A stretch of DNA of 64,000 bases from Alphaproteobacteria bacterium (GCA_965248835.1 CBDFLJ010000002.1:1152001-1216000); one strand, 5' to 3'; positions 9,003 through 22,459 are shown, counted from the stretch's first letter. Notes: a model not told the origin generated them from the letters alone. Made by a program: numbers and translations.

Positions 9003-10106
9003 ATGACCAGCCGTTGGAAATTGGCGCTTGCGGTCGCTGGCGCCTCTCTGCTCGGCATCACGGCGGCCAAGGCCGAGATCGCGATCGCGACGGCCGGACC
9101 GATGACCGGGCAATATGCCGCATTCGGCGAGCAGATGCGCCGGGGCGCAGAGATGGCTGCGCGCGATATCAACGCCAAGGGCGGCGTGCTCGGCCAGAAG
9201 CTCCGTATCGAGATCGGCGATGACGCGTGCGATCCCAAGCAGGCCGTGGCGGTCGCCAACGAGATGGTGGGCAAGGGCATCCGGTTCATGGCCGGCCATT
9301 TCTGCTCAGGGTCTTCGATCCCGGCCTCGGACGTCTATGCCGACGAGGACATTCTGCAGATCTCGCCCGCATCGACCAACCCCAAGCTGACCGAGCGCGG
9401 GATGGCCAACGTCTTCCGGGTCTGCGGCCGCGACGATCAGCAGGGCAAGGTCGCCGGCAACTTCCTGGCCGATATGTTCGGCAACAAGAAGATCGCGGTC
9501 CTCCATGACAAGACGGCCTACGGTAAGGGGCTTGCCGATGAGACCCGGAAGACGCTGCGCGGCCGGGGCAAGAGCGAGACGCTGTACGAGGCCTTTACCG
9601 CCGGCGAGAAGGACTATTCGGCGCTGGTCTCCAAGCTCAAGAAGAACGGCATCAATGTGGTCTATCTCGGCGGCTATCACACCGAGGCGGGGCTGATCGT
9701 CCGCCAGATGCGCGCCCAGGGCATGGCGACGAAACTGGTCTCGGGCGATGCGTTGGTGACTGATGAGTACTGGGCGATTACCGGCGCGGCGGGTGAGGGG
9801 ACGCTGATGACCTTCAGCCCCGACCCGCGCAAGAATCCGGTCGCCAAGCCTCTGGTCGAGCGTTTCCGCGCCGGTGGCTACGAGCCGGAGGGATACACTC
9901 TTTACACCTACGGGGCGATCCAGGCCTGGGTTCAGGCAGTCGAGAAAGCCGGCACCACCGACACCTCCAAGGTGATCGAGGTCCTCAGGTCGGCCAGCTT
10001 CGAGACGGTGCTGGGCAAGATCGGTTTCGACAGCAAAGGCGACGTGACCGCGCCCGGCTACGTCTTCTATGAATGGAGCAACGGCAAGTACGACTACATT
10101 AACTGA
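9003..10106 (+). CDS. livK: Branched-chain amino acid ABC transporter substrate-binding protein (LivK/BraC), stand-alone
   Basis: Signal peptide ending AKA; AGPMTGQYAAFG, DDACDPKQAVAVAN, GHFCSGSSIPAS and HDKTAYGKGLAD motifs. Confidence 0.9.
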   Translation: MTSRWKLALAVAGASLLGITAAKAEIAIATAGPMTGQYAAFGEQMRRGAEMAARDINAKGGVLGQKLRIEIGDDACDPKQAVAVANEMVGKGIRFMAGHFCSGSSIPASDVYADEDILQISPASTNPKLTERGMANVFRVCGRDDQQGKVAGNFLADMFGNKKIAVLHDKTAYGKGLADETRKTLRGRGKSETLYEAFTAGEKDYSALVSKLKKNGINVVYLGGYHTEAGLIVRQMRAQGMATKLVSGDALVTDEYWAITGAAGEGTLMTFSPDPRKNPVAKPLVERFRAGGYEPEGYTLYTYGAIQAWVQAVEKAGTTDTSKVIEVLRSASFETVLGKIGFDSKGDVTAPGYVFYEWSNGKYDYIN

Positions 10107-10150
10107 GCGCCCGCTCCGTCGGAGCAACGCTCAGATCAAGACCGGCGGAT

Positions 10151-10188
10151 CAAGACCGCGCGCCCCGAGCCCGGGGCGCGCGGTCTTG
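10151..10188. terminator. 17-bp perfect hairpin between convergent livK and mucR (probable bidirectional terminator)
   Basis: CAAGACCGCGCGCCCCG-AGCC-CGGGGCGCGCGGTCTTG. Confidence 0.65.
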
Positions 10189-10201
10189 TCTTGCGCTTCG
10201 A

Positions 10202-10651
10202 TCAGCTACGGCGCGTGCGCCGCGGCTTTCGTACCACCTTCTTGCGGCCAAGCCCGATCTTCTTGGCGAAGTCCGAGCGCTGGGCGGCATAGTTCGGCGC
10301 CACCATCGGATAGTCCGCCGGCAAGTTCCATTTGGCTCGATATTCATCGGGCGTCATGTTGTATGCAGCTCTCAGATGCCGCTTGAGCATTTTGAGCTTT
10401 TTGCCGTCTTCCAGGCATACGATGTGGTCCGGTGTCACCGAGCGCCGAATGCTGACGGCCGGCTTCGCGGGCTCCGCCACCGGTTCGGGCTTGCCGCCTT
10501 CGACGCCGATTAGAGAACTAAAGACGGTATTGATGACTTCCGGCACCTGATTTGCCGGCACGGTGTTGTTGCTCACATACGCCGCAACGATGTCGACTGC
10601 CATGCGCAACATTTCACTTCGATCGGCCACAGTTTTTCCCTCTTCCACCAT
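10202..10651 (-). CDS. mucR: MucR/Ros family transcriptional regulator
   Basis: DIVAAYVSNN, PAVSIRRSVTPDHIVCLEDGKKLKMLKRHL, YPMVAPNYA and IGLGRK motifs. Confidence 0.95.
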   Translation of the reverse strand: MVEEGKTVADRSEMLRMAVDIVAAYVSNNTVPANQVPEVINTVFSSLIGVEGGKPEPVAEPAKPAVSIRRSVTPDHIVCLEDGKKLKMLKRHLRAAYNMTPDEYRAKWNLPADYPMVAPNYAAQRSDFAKKIGLGRKKVVRKPRRTRRS

Positions 10652-11074
10652 TCAACATTTTACCCTTGTGTTGGTTACACGCCTGCGTGATGACACGAAC
10701 AGTTTCGGATGTCAATTCTGTTATGTCGACAATGTCAGGGAGGTTTTTTCGACAACAGCACACGAAATTGCGATGGAACCCGGCATTTGCCGGATTGATT
10801 GGTTTGATGTGCGCGGTCAATGTTCCCGATTTGCTCGGAAACGACGGGCAAGACAGTCGGTCAGTGAAGTCTTGCCACGCGGAGAACCAACCATCGGGAT
10901 CGCTGTTGGACCATATCCGCGGCGGGTAGATTTCGTGCGGCCGCGACAAATTGTCGACTCGGAAACCTGCGGCGATTGGCGCACACGGTCCGAACCACAG
11001 CGTCGGCGCCGGGGTGGAATGCCCGCCGATGCTATGATAGTTAGGCGCCCATACCGCTGAGCCGCAATGTGAGC

Positions 11075-11539
11075 ATGGCTGCCAAACCCATTTCCCTGGC
11101 TGCGGACCACGCCGGCTTTCCGCTCAAGCAGGCGGTTCGTGCCTGTCTTGCCCAGCGTGGCCTCGAGGTGCTCGATCTCGGGACCGACGACGATCAGCCG
11201 GTGGACTATCCCGACTTCGCCAATGCGTTGGCGGAAAAGCTTGCTGCGGGCATTTCCGAACGCGGGGTGCTGATCTGCGGCAGCGGCGTTGGAATGTCCA
11301 TCGCGGCCAACCGGCATTCCGGCATCCGCGCCGCGCTGGTCCATGACGCCGAGGGCGCGCGGCTTGCCCGCCAGCACAACGACGCCAACGTTCTGGTGCT
11401 TGCGGGGAGGCGGCTGACCGGGGAGGCGGCCCGGAACTGCGTCGCGGCGTTTCTGGAGACCGATTTCGAAGGTGGGCGCCACCGCCGGCGCCTCGACAAG
11501 CTGGCCAAGGGCGCATCCGCCTTGGCCGCAGGTTCGTAG
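11075..11539 (+). CDS. rpiB: Ribose-5-phosphate isomerase B
   Basis: [29 protein letters not shown] and FEGGRH motifs. Confidence 0.95.
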   Translation: MAAKPISLAADHAGFPLKQAVRACLAQRGLEVLDLGTDDDQPVDYPDFANALAEKLAAGISERGVLICGSGVGMSIAANRHSGIRAALVHDAEGARLARQHNDANVLVLAGRRLTGEAARNCVAAFLETDFEGGRHRRRLDKLAKGASALAAGS

Positions 11540-11549
11540 TGGAGAGATC

Positions 11550-12860
11550 ATGGCTTTGAACCCGCTTGGCGCCGATCCCGATTCGTTTGACGACTTCTTT
11601 ACTGCGGCGCTCGAAGACAGTGATCCGGATCTTCACGCGGCGATGCGTGCCGAGCTCGTTCGCCAGCAGGACCAGATCGAGCTCATCGCCTCGGAGAACT
11701 TCGTCTCGCGCGCGGTCCTCGAGGCCGCCGGCTCGGTGCTCACCAACAAATATGCCGAGGGCTATCCCGGGCGGCGCTATTACGGCGGCTGCGAGTTCGT
11801 CGACATCGTCGAGGAGCTGGCGCGCGAGCGTGCCAAGGCGCTGTTCTCGTGCGCATACGCCAACGTCCAGCCGCATTCGGGCGCCCAGGCGAACAACGCG
11901 GTCTATTTCGCGCTCTGCCAGCCCGGCGACACGATCCTCGGGCTGTCGCTCGCCGCCGGCGGTCATCTGACCCATGGCGCGCCGCCCAGCCAATCGGGCA
12001 AATGGTTCAATGCCGTCCAGTACGGCGTGCGGCCCGAGGATGCGCTGATCGACTACGACGAGGTCGAGCGCCTGGCCCGGGAGCACCGTCCCCGGATGAT
12101 CATCGCCGGCGGCTCGGCCTATCCCCGGATGATCGATTTCGCGCGCTTCAGGGCGATCGCCGATGCCGTAGAGGCCTGCCTGTTCGTCGATATGGCCCAT
12201 TTCGCGGGGCTCGTGGCGGGCGGCGTCCACCCCAGCCCGCTGCCCCATGCCCACGTCGTCGCCACGACCACCCACAAGACACTCAGGGGACCGCGCGGCG
12301 GGATGATCCTCACCAACGACGCCGAGATCGCGAAGAAGGTGAACTCGTCCATTTTTCCCGGCACCCAGGGCGGACCCTTGATGCACATCATCGCCGCCAA
12401 GGCCGCCGCGCTCGGCGAGGCGCTCAGGCCCGAGTTTGCGGCCTACTCGGCATCCGTGGTCGCCAACGCCAAGGCGCTCGCCGCGCGGCTGATCGAAGGC
12501 GGGCTCGACATCGTTTCCGGCGGGACCGATACCCATCTGATGCTGGTCGACCTCAGGCCCAAGGGCCTGACCGGCAAGCTCGCCGAGCAGAGCCTTGAGC
12601 GCGCCGGCATCACCTGCAACAAGAACGGCGTGCCGTTCGATCCGGAGAAGCCGACGATCACCTCGGGCATCCGCCTGGGATCTCCTGCGGCGACGACACG
12701 CGGCTTCGGAATCGCGGAATTCGAGCAGGTCGGTGCGTTGATCTGCGAGGTCGTCGACGGGCTCGCCGGTGCCGGCCAGGACATCGGCGCCATCGAAGAC
12801 TCGGTCCGCACGCGGGTACTGGCGCTGTGCCGAAGGTTTCCGATATACCCCGATGTATGA
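11550..12860 (+). CDS. glyA: Serine hydroxymethyltransferase
   Basis: [23 protein letters not shown] and [13 protein letters not shown] motifs. Confidence 0.98.
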   Translation: MALNPLGADPDSFDDFFTAALEDSDPDLHAAMRAELVRQQDQIELIASENFVSRAVLEAAGSVLTNKYAEGYPGRRYYGGCEFVDIVEELARERAKALFSCAYANVQPHSGAQANNAVYFALCQPGDTILGLSLAAGGHLTHGAPPSQSGKWFNAVQYGVRPEDALIDYDEVERLAREHRPRMIIAGGSAYPRMIDFARFRAIADAVEACLFVDMAHFAGLVAGGVHPSPLPHAHVVATTTHKTLRGPRGGMILTNDAEIAKKVNSSIFPGTQGGPLMHIIAAKAAALGEALRPEFAAYSASVVANAKALAARLIEGGLDIVSGGTDTHLMLVDLRPKGLTGKLAEQSLERAGITCNKNGVPFDPEKPTITSGIRLGSPAATTRGFGIAEFEQVGALICEVVDGLAGAGQDIGAIEDSVRTRVLALCRRFPIYPDV

Positions 12861-12937
12861 TCGCGGCCCGCCGGCGTTTCCATCCGTGCGGATAGTGCGT
12901 TAGCGTCGATCGAACAGGAAAGCGGTGGAGCGCCGGC

Positions 12938-13402
12938 ATGCGTTGTCCGTTCTGCGGATCCGAGGATACACAGGTCAGGGACTCTCGCCCCACCGAAGAC
13001 AATTCGGCGATCCGGCGCCGCCGCGTCTGCGTGACATGCTCGCAGCGCTTCACCACCTTCGAGCGCGTCCAACTGCGCGAACTCACGGTGGTCAAGAAGG
13101 GCGGTGCGCGCGAGCCGCTCGACCGCGAGAAGCTCGCCCGGTCGATGAAGATCGCGCTGCGCAAGCGGCCGGTCGAGGCGGAGCGGGTCGAACGCATCAT
13201 CAACGGGATTATCCGCCGGCTGGAAAGCGCCGGCGAAACCGAGATCGAGTCCAGCACCGTGGGCGAAATGATCATGGATGCCCTGGCCAGCCTCGATCAG
13301 GTTGCCTATGTGCGGTTCGCCTCGGTCTACCGCAACTTCCGCGAGGCGCGCGATTTCGAGGACTTCGTCGGGACGTTGAGTGACACCGGTGCCAACGAGT
13401 GA
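12938..13402 (+). CDS. nrdR: Transcriptional repressor NrdR
   Basis: MRCPFC...IRRRRVC..C..RFTTFE, ATP-cone domain and [10 protein letters not shown]. Confidence 0.97.
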   Translation: MRCPFCGSEDTQVRDSRPTEDNSAIRRRRVCVTCSQRFTTFERVQLRELTVVKKGGAREPLDREKLARSMKIALRKRPVEAERVERIINGIIRRLESAGETEIESSTVGEMIMDALASLDQVAYVRFASVYRNFREARDFEDFVGTLSDTGANE

Positions 13403-14489
13403 CCGGTCTCACATGCGGGCCGCGATCGCGCTTGCGCGCCGCGCGCTTGGCCGTGCCTGGCCCAACCCCGCGGTGGGATGCGTGATCGTCGCCGACGGCG
13501 AGGTCGTCGGCCGCGGAACGACGGCCGATGGCGGGCGCCCGCACGCCGAGACGATCGCGCTGGAGCGCGCCGGCGCGCGCGCGGCCGGTGCGACCGCCTT
13601 CGTGACCCTGGAGCCCTGCGCCCATCACGGCCAGACCCCGCCCTGCGCGGATGCCCTGATCGCGGCCGGCATCGCCCGAGTCGTGGCCGCGGTTCCCGAC
13701 CCGGACCCGAGGGTCGACGGTCGCGGCATCGCCCGGCTGCGCGAGGCGGGCATCGCCGTGGAGACCGGTCTGTGCGCCAGCGCGGCGGAAGGAGTCCTGG
13801 CCGGCTTCCTGCTGCGCGCCGCGCTCGGCCGGCCGCTGGCGACATTGAAGCTCGCCTCGACGCTCGATTCGCGGATCGCGACCCGGGACGGGCAGAGCCG
13901 GTGGATCACCGGCGAAGCGGCGCGCCAGTCGGTTCATCTGCTGCGCGCGCGCCACGATGCGGTCCTGGTCGGCGCCCGGACCGCGCTGTACGACGATCCG
14001 GCGCTGACCTGCCGGCTGGCCGGGCTGGAGGGGGCGAGCCCGGTCCGCGTGCTGGTCGACGGTGCGACGGCCTTGCCGCGGACCCATGCCCTGATCGCGA
14101 CCGCGTCACAGACGCCGACCTGGCTGGTTCTGCCGCGCGCACGCGAGACCCGCCGCCGCACCGACTACGAAGGCAGCGGCGTCAAGTTCCTTCCGGTCGC
14201 CGACGGCGAGGACGGCCGGGTCGATCTGGCGGCGGCGCTCAAGGCGCTCGCCGGCGAGGGGATCACCTCTGTCCTCATCGAAGGGGGCGCCGGGATTGCC
14301 GCATCGCTGCTGCGCGCCGGGCTGGTCGATCGGCTGGTCTGGTATCGCGCGCCGCGGCTGATCGGCGCGGACGGGCGCGAGGCGGTTGAGGCGCTCGGGG
14401 TCGACACGCTTGACGCAGCGATGGACTTCGCCAAGATTTCCGCCCGGCCCGTCGGTCAGGATCTGGTCGAGACCTATCTGCCGGCATAG
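13380..14489 (+). CDS. ribD: Bifunctional riboflavin biosynthesis deaminase/reductase RibD
   Basis: [30 protein letters not shown] and LIEGG motifs; exact start uncertain. Confidence 0.95.
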   Translation: MTPVPTSDRSHMRAAIALARRALGRAWPNPAVGCVIVADGEVVGRGTTADGGRPHAETIALERAGARAAGATAFVTLEPCAHHGQTPPCADALIAAGIARVVAAVPDPDPRVDGRGIARLREAGIAVETGLCASAAEGVLAGFLLRAALGRPLATLKLASTLDSRIATRDGQSRWITGEAARQSVHLLRARHDAVLVGARTALYDDPALTCRLAGLEGASPVRVLVDGATALPRTHALIATASQTPTWLVLPRARETRRRTDYEGSGVKFLPVADGEDGRVDLAAALKALAGEGITSVLIEGGAGIAASLLRAGLVDRLVWYRAPRLIGADGREAVEALGVDTLDAAMDFAKISARPVGQDLVETYLPA

Positions 14490-14512
14490 CGCCGAAGGCG
14501 GCGAGAGGAACG

Positions 14513-15100
14513 ATGTTTACCGGTATCGTCACCGATCTGGGCCGGGTCCGCGCCGTCGAGCGGCGCGGCGACACGCGCATCGAAATCGAGACCGCCTATG
14601 ACACCGCCGAAATCGATATCGGCGCCTCGATCGCGTGCTCGGGCCCCTGCCTGACGGTGGTCGACCGCGGGCCGGGCTGGTTCGCCATCGAGGCTTCGGC
14701 CGAGACCATGGACAAGACGACGCTGGGTGACTGGCAGGTCGGTTCGGGCGTCAACCTGGAGCGTTCTCTAAAGATCGGCGACGAGCTGGGCGGGCATATC
14801 GTCTCCGGCCACGTCGACGGCACAGCCCGGATACTTGACACCTTGCGGGAGGGGGATAGTGTCAGGTTCACCTTCGAGGCGCCCGAAGGCTTCGGAGCCT
14901 ATGTCGCGCCGAAGGGATCGATCGCTCTGGACGGCGTGTCTCTGACCGTCAATGAAGTCGACGGACGGCGGTTCGGGGTGAACATTATCAGCCACACCCG
15001 CACCTGCACGACATTCGGGCGGCTCGGTGCCGGTGACCGGGTCAATTTCGAAGTCGATACCATCGCGCGCTACGTCGCAAGGTTGGTAGACCGCGATTGA
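14513..15100 (+). CDS. ribE: Riboflavin synthase (alpha chain)
   Basis: MFTGI N-terminus, GGHIVSGHVDG and KGSIALDGVSLTVN. Confidence 0.96.
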   Translation: MFTGIVTDLGRVRAVERRGDTRIEIETAYDTAEIDIGASIACSGPCLTVVDRGPGWFAIEASAETMDKTTLGDWQVGSGVNLERSLKIGDELGGHIVSGHVDGTARILDTLREGDSVRFTFEAPEGFGAYVAPKGSIALDGVSLTVNEVDGRRFGVNIISHTRTCTTFGRLGAGDRVNFEVDTIARYVARLVDRD

Positions 15101-15124
15101 CAGGTCGATGGAAGGGGTCCCTGG

Positions 15125-16351
15125 GTGAGCGATAAGCTCCAACGCGTATCGAAATCCGAAGTCGGCCAAGCCGCGATCGACAACGCCGCCGGCTACCTGT
15201 CCTCGATCGAGGAGGTGATCGAGGATATCCGCAACGGCCGCGTCGTAATCCTGGTCGATGACGAGAACCGCGAGAACGAGGGCGACCTGGTGGTTGCGGC
15301 GCAAATGGCGACGCCCGAGGTGGTCAACTTCATGGCCACCCACGGGCGCGGGCTGATCTGCCTGGCGATGACCCGCCCGCGGGTCGAAACCATCGGCCTA
15401 CCGCTGATGTCCCAGCACAACCGGACCCGCCACCAGACAGCCTTCACGGTCTCGATCGAGGCGCGCGACGGGGTGACGACGGGAATCTCCGCGCCGGACC
15501 GCGCACGCACGATCGCCGTCGCGATCGATTCCACCAAGGGCGCCGAGGACATCGTAACGCCTGGTCACATCTTCCCGCTGGTAGCGTCCGACGGCGGCGT
15601 GCTCGAGCGCGCCGGCCATACCGAGGCCTCGGTCGACATCGCTCGGCTCGCCGGGTTGAACCCTTCGGGCGTGATCTGCGAGATCATGAATGACGACGGC
15701 ACCATGGCCCGGCTGCCGGACCTGGTCAGCTTCGCCCAGTACCACGGCCTGAAAATCGCTACCATAGAGGCCCTGATCGCCTACCGTCTGCGCCACGACA
15801 CCCTTGTCGAGCGCCTGCTCCAGACCCGCGTGCGCCGAGCCAATGGCGGCGACTTCCGGCTGATCATCTACGTCAACCGGATCAGCGGCGCCGAGCACCT
15901 GGCGCTGATCAAGGGCGAAATCTCCGGGTCCGAACCGTTGCTTGTGCGCATGCACGCGATCAACGTGCTCGACGACGTGCTGCACGACCAGACCAGCGGC
16001 CGGGGCGATGAAATGGAAGCCTGCATCCGGGCGATCAGCGAGGCGGGCCGCGGGCTCGTGGTGATGATCCGCGATTCCTATGCGCAAAGCTTCGCCAATC
16101 AGGTTCGCCAACGCCACGAGCTGCCCGACGATCCCGGCGCGGCCTCGGTCGAGGTCAGCGTGACCACCGGCGGCGAGCGCGCCTTCAGCCCGCCGGCGCT
16201 GCGGGACTACGGCGTCGGCGCCCAGATCCTGCGCGACCTCGGGGTCCACGACATGATCCTGCTGACCAACCATCCGCGCGCGGTCGTGGGTCTGGAAGCC
16301 TACGGTCTGCGCATCGTCGAACGTCGCGCCATCGGCTCCTCGCGCTGCTAG
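15125..16351 (+). CDS. ribB: 3,4-dihydroxy-2-butanone-4-phosphate synthase with degenerate C-terminal GTP cyclohydrolase II-like domain (RibBX type)
   Basis: [17 protein letters not shown] and [12 protein letters not shown] present; the C-terminal domain lacks the Zn-binding cysteines. Confidence 0.92.
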   Translation: MSDKLQRVSKSEVGQAAIDNAAGYLSSIEEVIEDIRNGRVVILVDDENRENEGDLVVAAQMATPEVVNFMATHGRGLICLAMTRPRVETIGLPLMSQHNRTRHQTAFTVSIEARDGVTTGISAPDRARTIAVAIDSTKGAEDIVTPGHIFPLVASDGGVLERAGHTEASVDIARLAGLNPSGVICEIMNDDGTMARLPDLVSFAQYHGLKIATIEALIAYRLRHDTLVERLLQTRVRRANGGDFRLIIYVNRISGAEHLALIKGEISGSEPLLVRMHAINVLDDVLHDQTSGRGDEMEACIRAISEAGRGLVVMIRDSYAQSFANQVRQRHELPDDPGAASVEVSVTTGGERAFSPPALRDYGVGAQILRDLGVHDMILLTNHPRAVVGLEAYGLRIVERRAIGSSRC

Positions 16352-16359
16352 GAGCTGGC

Positions 16360-16821
16360 ATGGCCGACAATCCCCACGTCATGATCGTCGAGGCGCGGTT
16401 CTACGATGCCATTGCTGACGAGCTGGTTGCCGGTGCGACCGCGGTGCTCGAGGACGCCGGCGCGAGCCATGAGCGCTTCGTGGTCCCGGGGGCCTTCGAG
16501 ATACCCGGAGCCATCCGGTTCGCCGCCGAGGCGATGAAAAAGGACGACGCGGCGCACCGCTTGGACGGGTTTATCGGGCTCGGCTGCGTCATACGGGGCG
16601 AGACGACGCATTACGACTATGTTTGCCAGGAGAGCGCGCGCGGCCTTCAGGACCTCGTGCTGGTCCACGGCTTGGCGATCGGCTACGGGATCCTGACCTG
16701 CGAAAACCGCACGCAGGCGATGGCCCGCGCACGGCGCCAGGAACAGGACCGGGGCGGTGCGGCCGCACGCGCCTGCCTTGCCATGATCGCCCTGAAACAG
16801 CGGTTCGGGCTGGGCGGGTGA
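16360..16821 (+). CDS. ribH: 6,7-dimethyl-8-ribityllumazine synthase
   Basis: VPGAFEIP and GCVIRGETTHYDYV motifs. Confidence 0.95.
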   Translation: MADNPHVMIVEARFYDAIADELVAGATAVLEDAGASHERFVVPGAFEIPGAIRFAAEAMKKDDAAHRLDGFIGLGCVIRGETTHYDYVCQESARGLQDLVLVHGLAIGYGILTCENRTQAMARARRQEQDRGGAAARACLAMIALKQRFGLGG

Positions 16822-17360
16822 TGGCCGAAGCGGGATCGAGGGCGCCGAAGGCCAGCGCCAAAACCCCGTCGGCAAGGTTGAGCGCGGCGCGCCTTGCCGC
16901 AGTCCAGGCGCTTTACCAGGCGGAAATCACCGGCATGCCGCCCGATTCGGTGATTCTGCAGTTCCTCGAGTTCCGCAGCGACGGCGTGCTCGACGACGAC
17001 GAGGCGCCGGTCAAGCCCGACCCGGCGCTGTTCACCGAACTGGTGCGCGGCGCCCACACGCGATCCGGGGAGATCGACGACATGCTGCGCTCGGTGCTGC
17101 AGGAGACGTGGGCCTTGGAGCGGGTCGAGCTGCTGTTGCGCTGCATCCTGCGTGCCGGGGTTTACGAGCTGCTGGCCCGCCGGGCGGTCCCCGCCCGCGC
17201 CGCGATCTCGGAATATGTCGATCTGACCGATGCCTTTTTCGATCCTGCCGAGCGCGGCATGGCCAATGCGATCCTCGACCGGCTGGCCCGCCGGCTGCGC
17301 GAGGCCGAGTTCACCGACACCGAAGACGCCAGTGATGTCGCTTCGGCTGCCGCGCGATGA
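16821..17360 (+). CDS. nusB: Transcription antitermination factor NusB
   Basis: SAARLAAVQALYQ, ILRAGVYEL and ISEYV...ANAILD motifs; ribH-nusB-thiL synteny. Confidence 0.93.
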   Translation: MAEAGSRAPKASAKTPSARLSAARLAAVQALYQAEITGMPPDSVILQFLEFRSDGVLDDDEAPVKPDPALFTELVRGAHTRSGEIDDMLRSVLQETWALERVELLLRCILRAGVYELLARRAVPARAAISEYVDLTDAFFDPAERGMANAILDRLARRLREAEFTDTEDASDVASAAAR

Positions 17361-18348
17361 GTTCGCGCTGATCGAAGCGCTGTTCGCGCCCCTCGCCGCG
17401 GGCGATGCCGGGGCGCTGGGCCTGCGCGACGACGCGGCCCTGATCGCGCCCGAACCCGGTTGCGAGCTGGTGGCAACCACCGACATGCTGGTCGGCGGCG
17501 TCCATTTCTTCCCGGATGATCCGCCCGACCTGATCGCCAGGAAGCTCTTGCGCGTGAACCTCTCGGACCTTGCCGCGATGGGCGCGCGGCCGCGGGGCTA
17601 TCTGCTGAGCCTGGCGCTGCCCGCCGACATCGAAGGGCGATGGATTGATCGTTTCGCGGCCGGGCTCAAGCAAGACCAGGCGTTCTTTGGGATCTCCCTG
17701 CTGGGCGGCGACACCACGGCGACTGCCGGATCCACCTGTCTTTGCGTTACCGCGTTTGGCGAGGTCGAGGCGGGCACCGCGCTCCTTCGTTCCGGTGCGC
17801 GCAGCGGTGATGAGGTCTACGTATCCGGTACGATCGGCGATGCCGCGCTGGGGTTGCGGGCGCTCGGCGTCCCAGACGCGGCTGCGGCCGCCGATGAGGG
17901 GCAGCGCGCGTATCTGGTCGACCGCTACCGGCTGCCGCAGCCGCGGCTCGACCTGGGGGTGCGGCTGCGCGGGCTGGCGACGGCGGCCGCCGATATCTCG
18001 GACGGTCTGGCCGCCGACCTCGGCCATATCTGCAGCGCGTCCGGCCTCGGTGCGGAGATCGAGGCGCGCGCGGTCCCGCTGTCGCCCGCAGCCAGGGCCG
18101 CGGACCTCGAAGATCCGTCCACAATGGCCCTGATCCTGACCGGCGGCGATGACTATGAACTGGTCTTTACCGTTCCGCCGGACCGTGCCGGGGAAGTCCG
18201 GGCGTTGGCCGAAGAATTCGCCATCCCGTTGAGCCGCATCGGCCGGATCAAGACCGGCGAGGGCGTAACGGTGCTCGGCAAGGACGCACAGCCGCTCGCC
18301 CTGCCGCAGACGGGCTACCGCCATTTCTCGGGCTCTTCGGGGAACTGA
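17335..18348 (+). CDS. thiL: Thiamine-monophosphate kinase
   Basis: EFALI, DDAA, VNLSDLAAMGA, GGDT, DISDGL and GGDDYEL motifs. Confidence 0.95.
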   Translation: MSLRLPRDEFALIEALFAPLAAGDAGALGLRDDAALIAPEPGCELVATTDMLVGGVHFFPDDPPDLIARKLLRVNLSDLAAMGARPRGYLLSLALPADIEGRWIDRFAAGLKQDQAFFGISLLGGDTTATAGSTCLCVTAFGEVEAGTALLRSGARSGDEVYVSGTIGDAALGLRALGVPDAAAAADEGQRAYLVDRYRLPQPRLDLGVRLRGLATAAADISDGLAADLGHICSASGLGAEIEARAVPLSPAARAADLEDPSTMALILTGGDDYELVFTVPPDRAGEVRALAEEFAIPLSRIGRIKTGEGVTVLGKDAQPLALPQTGYRHFSGSSGN

Positions 18349-18432
18349 CCGGCGGTGCGAGATCGGCGTTCTGCGCTGGGCTGCCTGCCGAAGTTTGGCA
18401 TTCACCGACGGCTGTCTTGGGCGTAGTCTGCC

Positions 18433-19629
18433 ATGGTGACCTTTTTCGCCGGCATCAATCGCAACGTCGCGCTGCTCGCCCTGTGCCAAGCGCTGTTCAT
18501 GACGACCACCTCGGCGATCATCGCCTCGGGGGCGCTGATCGGCTACCTGCTCGCCGAAGACAAGACCTATGCGACCATCCCGATCGCGCTGCAGTTCGCC
18601 GCGACGATGGCAACGGCGATCCCGGCCTCGCTCTACATGCGCCGCGTCGGGCGCCGGCTCGGCTTCGTGACCGGGGCTGCGATCGGCGCCTTCGGCGGGG
18701 TGATAGCGACGGCGGCGATCTTCCTGGGTTCCTTCTGGTTGTTTGCCGCGGGCACCGCGCTGATCGGCTCGTTCAACGCCTTCAGCCAGTTCTTCCGGTT
18801 TGCCGCCGCCGATTCCGCCGGTCCGGCGATGCGTGGGCGGGCGATCTCGCTGGTGCTCGCCGGCGGGCTCGTCGCCGCCGTGACCGGCCCGAACATGGCG
18901 CGCCTTACCAAGGACATGTTCGATCCGATCGTCTATGCCGGCACGTTCGCTGTCGTCGTCGGCCTCTGCATCGCGATCGGTCTGGTGACCTCGCTCCTGC
19001 GCATCCCGCCGATGAGCCAGGCCGACCGCAGCGGTCCGCAACGCCCGTTGCTGGAGATCCTGTTACAGACCAAATGCCTGGTCGCGATCATCGGCGCCGT
19101 GTCGAGCTATGTCGTGATGTCCTTCCTGATGACCGTCACGCCGCTTGCGATGAAAGACAGCGGGTTCAGCTTCGGCGACTCGGCGATGGTGATCCAGGCC
19201 CACATCATCGGGATGTTCCTGCCGTCCTTTTTCACCGGACATCTGATCGCCCGCTACGGCACGACGAACGTCATGACCGCCGGCGCGCTGCTGCTCGCCC
19301 TGTGCGTTGTGATCAACTTGGCCGGAATCGGGTTTCTTAATTTCCTCAGCGCGCTGATCTTCGTCGGGGTCGGCTGGAACTTCCTGTTCATCGGCGGCAC
19401 GACCTTGCTGACCGATTGCTACCGCCCCTCGGAAATGGCCAAGATCCAGGGCTTCAACGATTTCTGTATCTGGGGCTCGGTGGCGATCGGCGGCGTGTTC
19501 TCCGGCGCCTCGCTCCATCTCTACGGCTGGGCCATGGTCAACCTGGTCGTCGTCCCGCTGATCGTCCTGATCCTGTGCGCCATCGTCTGGCTTAAATTCG
19601 ACCAGGCCCGTCAGAGCCAAGCGGCATGA
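18433..19629 (+). CDS. MFS transporter
   Basis: About 12 hydrophobic segments; MRRVGRR, RFAAAD, HIIGMFLPS and GWNF motifs. Confidence 0.85.
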   Translation: MVTFFAGINRNVALLALCQALFMTTTSAIIASGALIGYLLAEDKTYATIPIALQFAATMATAIPASLYMRRVGRRLGFVTGAAIGAFGGVIATAAIFLGSFWLFAAGTALIGSFNAFSQFFRFAAADSAGPAMRGRAISLVLAGGLVAAVTGPNMARLTKDMFDPIVYAGTFAVVVGLCIAIGLVTSLLRIPPMSQADRSGPQRPLLEILLQTKCLVAIIGAVSSYVVMSFLMTVTPLAMKDSGFSFGDSAMVIQAHIIGMFLPSFFTGHLIARYGTTNVMTAGALLLALCVVINLAGIGFLNFLSALIFVGVGWNFLFIGGTTLLTDCYRPSEMAKIQGFNDFCIWGSVAIGGVFSGASLHLYGWAMVNLVVVPLIVLILCAIVWLKFDQARQSQAA

Positions 19630-19661
19630 GCCGTCAGGGCCCGTCGTCCGGGCCGGCGTTG

Positions 19662-19690
19662 TTGCCTTGGCCGGCGAGTTCTGGCATGTT
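19662..19690 (+). promoter_or_regulatory. Putative sigma70 promoter of hppA
   Basis: TTGCCT-N17-CATGTT followed by a GC-rich stretch. Confidence 0.35.
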
Positions 19691-19800
19691 CCGCGCGCAT
19701 TTCTGACTGCCCCCCCTTCACCAGTCAGTTTCCTGATTTCCAGTGCCGTGCGCGCCTTGGGCCGGCCCTGAATCCGGATCAGAACAGAGGCTTTCCGACG

Positions 19801-21909
<2,109 letters not shown>

Positions 21910-21952
21910 TCCGATACCGCGCGAGCCGGCGGGTGGGACGCGCTGCGGTCGA

Positions 21953-22459
21953 TCAGGGGCCGCCCAGGCTGCCGCCGTCTCCGCCGCCCCCGGCCTGGTT
22001 GAACCGCCCGAGGTTGCCGATCAACTGCTCGACGAAGGTCAGCTCGTTGCCCTTGGTCGGCGTGGTCCGCTCAACCAGGTCGACTTTGTCCGCGGTTGTC
22101 GCGTCGTGGCGCTTGACCTCCTTGACGATACCCTGGTCGTCGAAGCGGATTTCCAGGACCCTGTGCTCGAGGACTTCCGGGGTGAAAAAGGCCAGTGTTT
22201 CCGTGCGCTTGCCGATGTAATACCAGGCCTGCTCCTGCTCGAAGGTCGCCCGGGCGGACGGACTGCCCAGCATCGTCGCGACCTCGTCGCGGGTGTGCTT
22301 GCCGGGCTTGATCGCTTCGACGACCTCCACCAGGGGGATGTTGCCGTTGTTGTCGCGCTGCGGCGTGCACCCGTCGAGAATGGCAGCGCTGAATGCCAGG
22401 GCCAGCGCCAGGGCACCCGTCGATGCGCGCAGCGATTCCGTGAATGGGAGGATACTCAT
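21953..22459 (-). CDS. bamE: Outer membrane protein assembly factor BamE (OmlA)
   Basis: Lipoprotein signal (LDGC); TRDEVATMLGSPS, WYYI and FDDQGIV motifs. Confidence 0.85.
   Translation of the reverse strand: MSILPFTESLRASTGALALALAFSAAILDGCTPQRDNNGNIPLVEVVEAIKPGKHTRDEVATMLGSPSARATFEQEQAWYYIGKRTETLAFFTPEVLEHRVLEIRFDDQGIVKEVKRHDATTADKVDLVERTTPTKGNELTFVEQLIGNLGRFNQAGGGGDGGSLGGP

Noticed and set aside
10135-10160. Short direct repeat GATCAAGACCG (two copies) near the livK/mucR hairpin
   Set aside because: Only two copies, one forming part of the terminator stem; not a CRISPR or REP array.
10332-11060. Several short ORFs overlapping or upstream of mucR
   Set aside because: No motifs and non-coding-like composition; better explained as a divergent promoter region.
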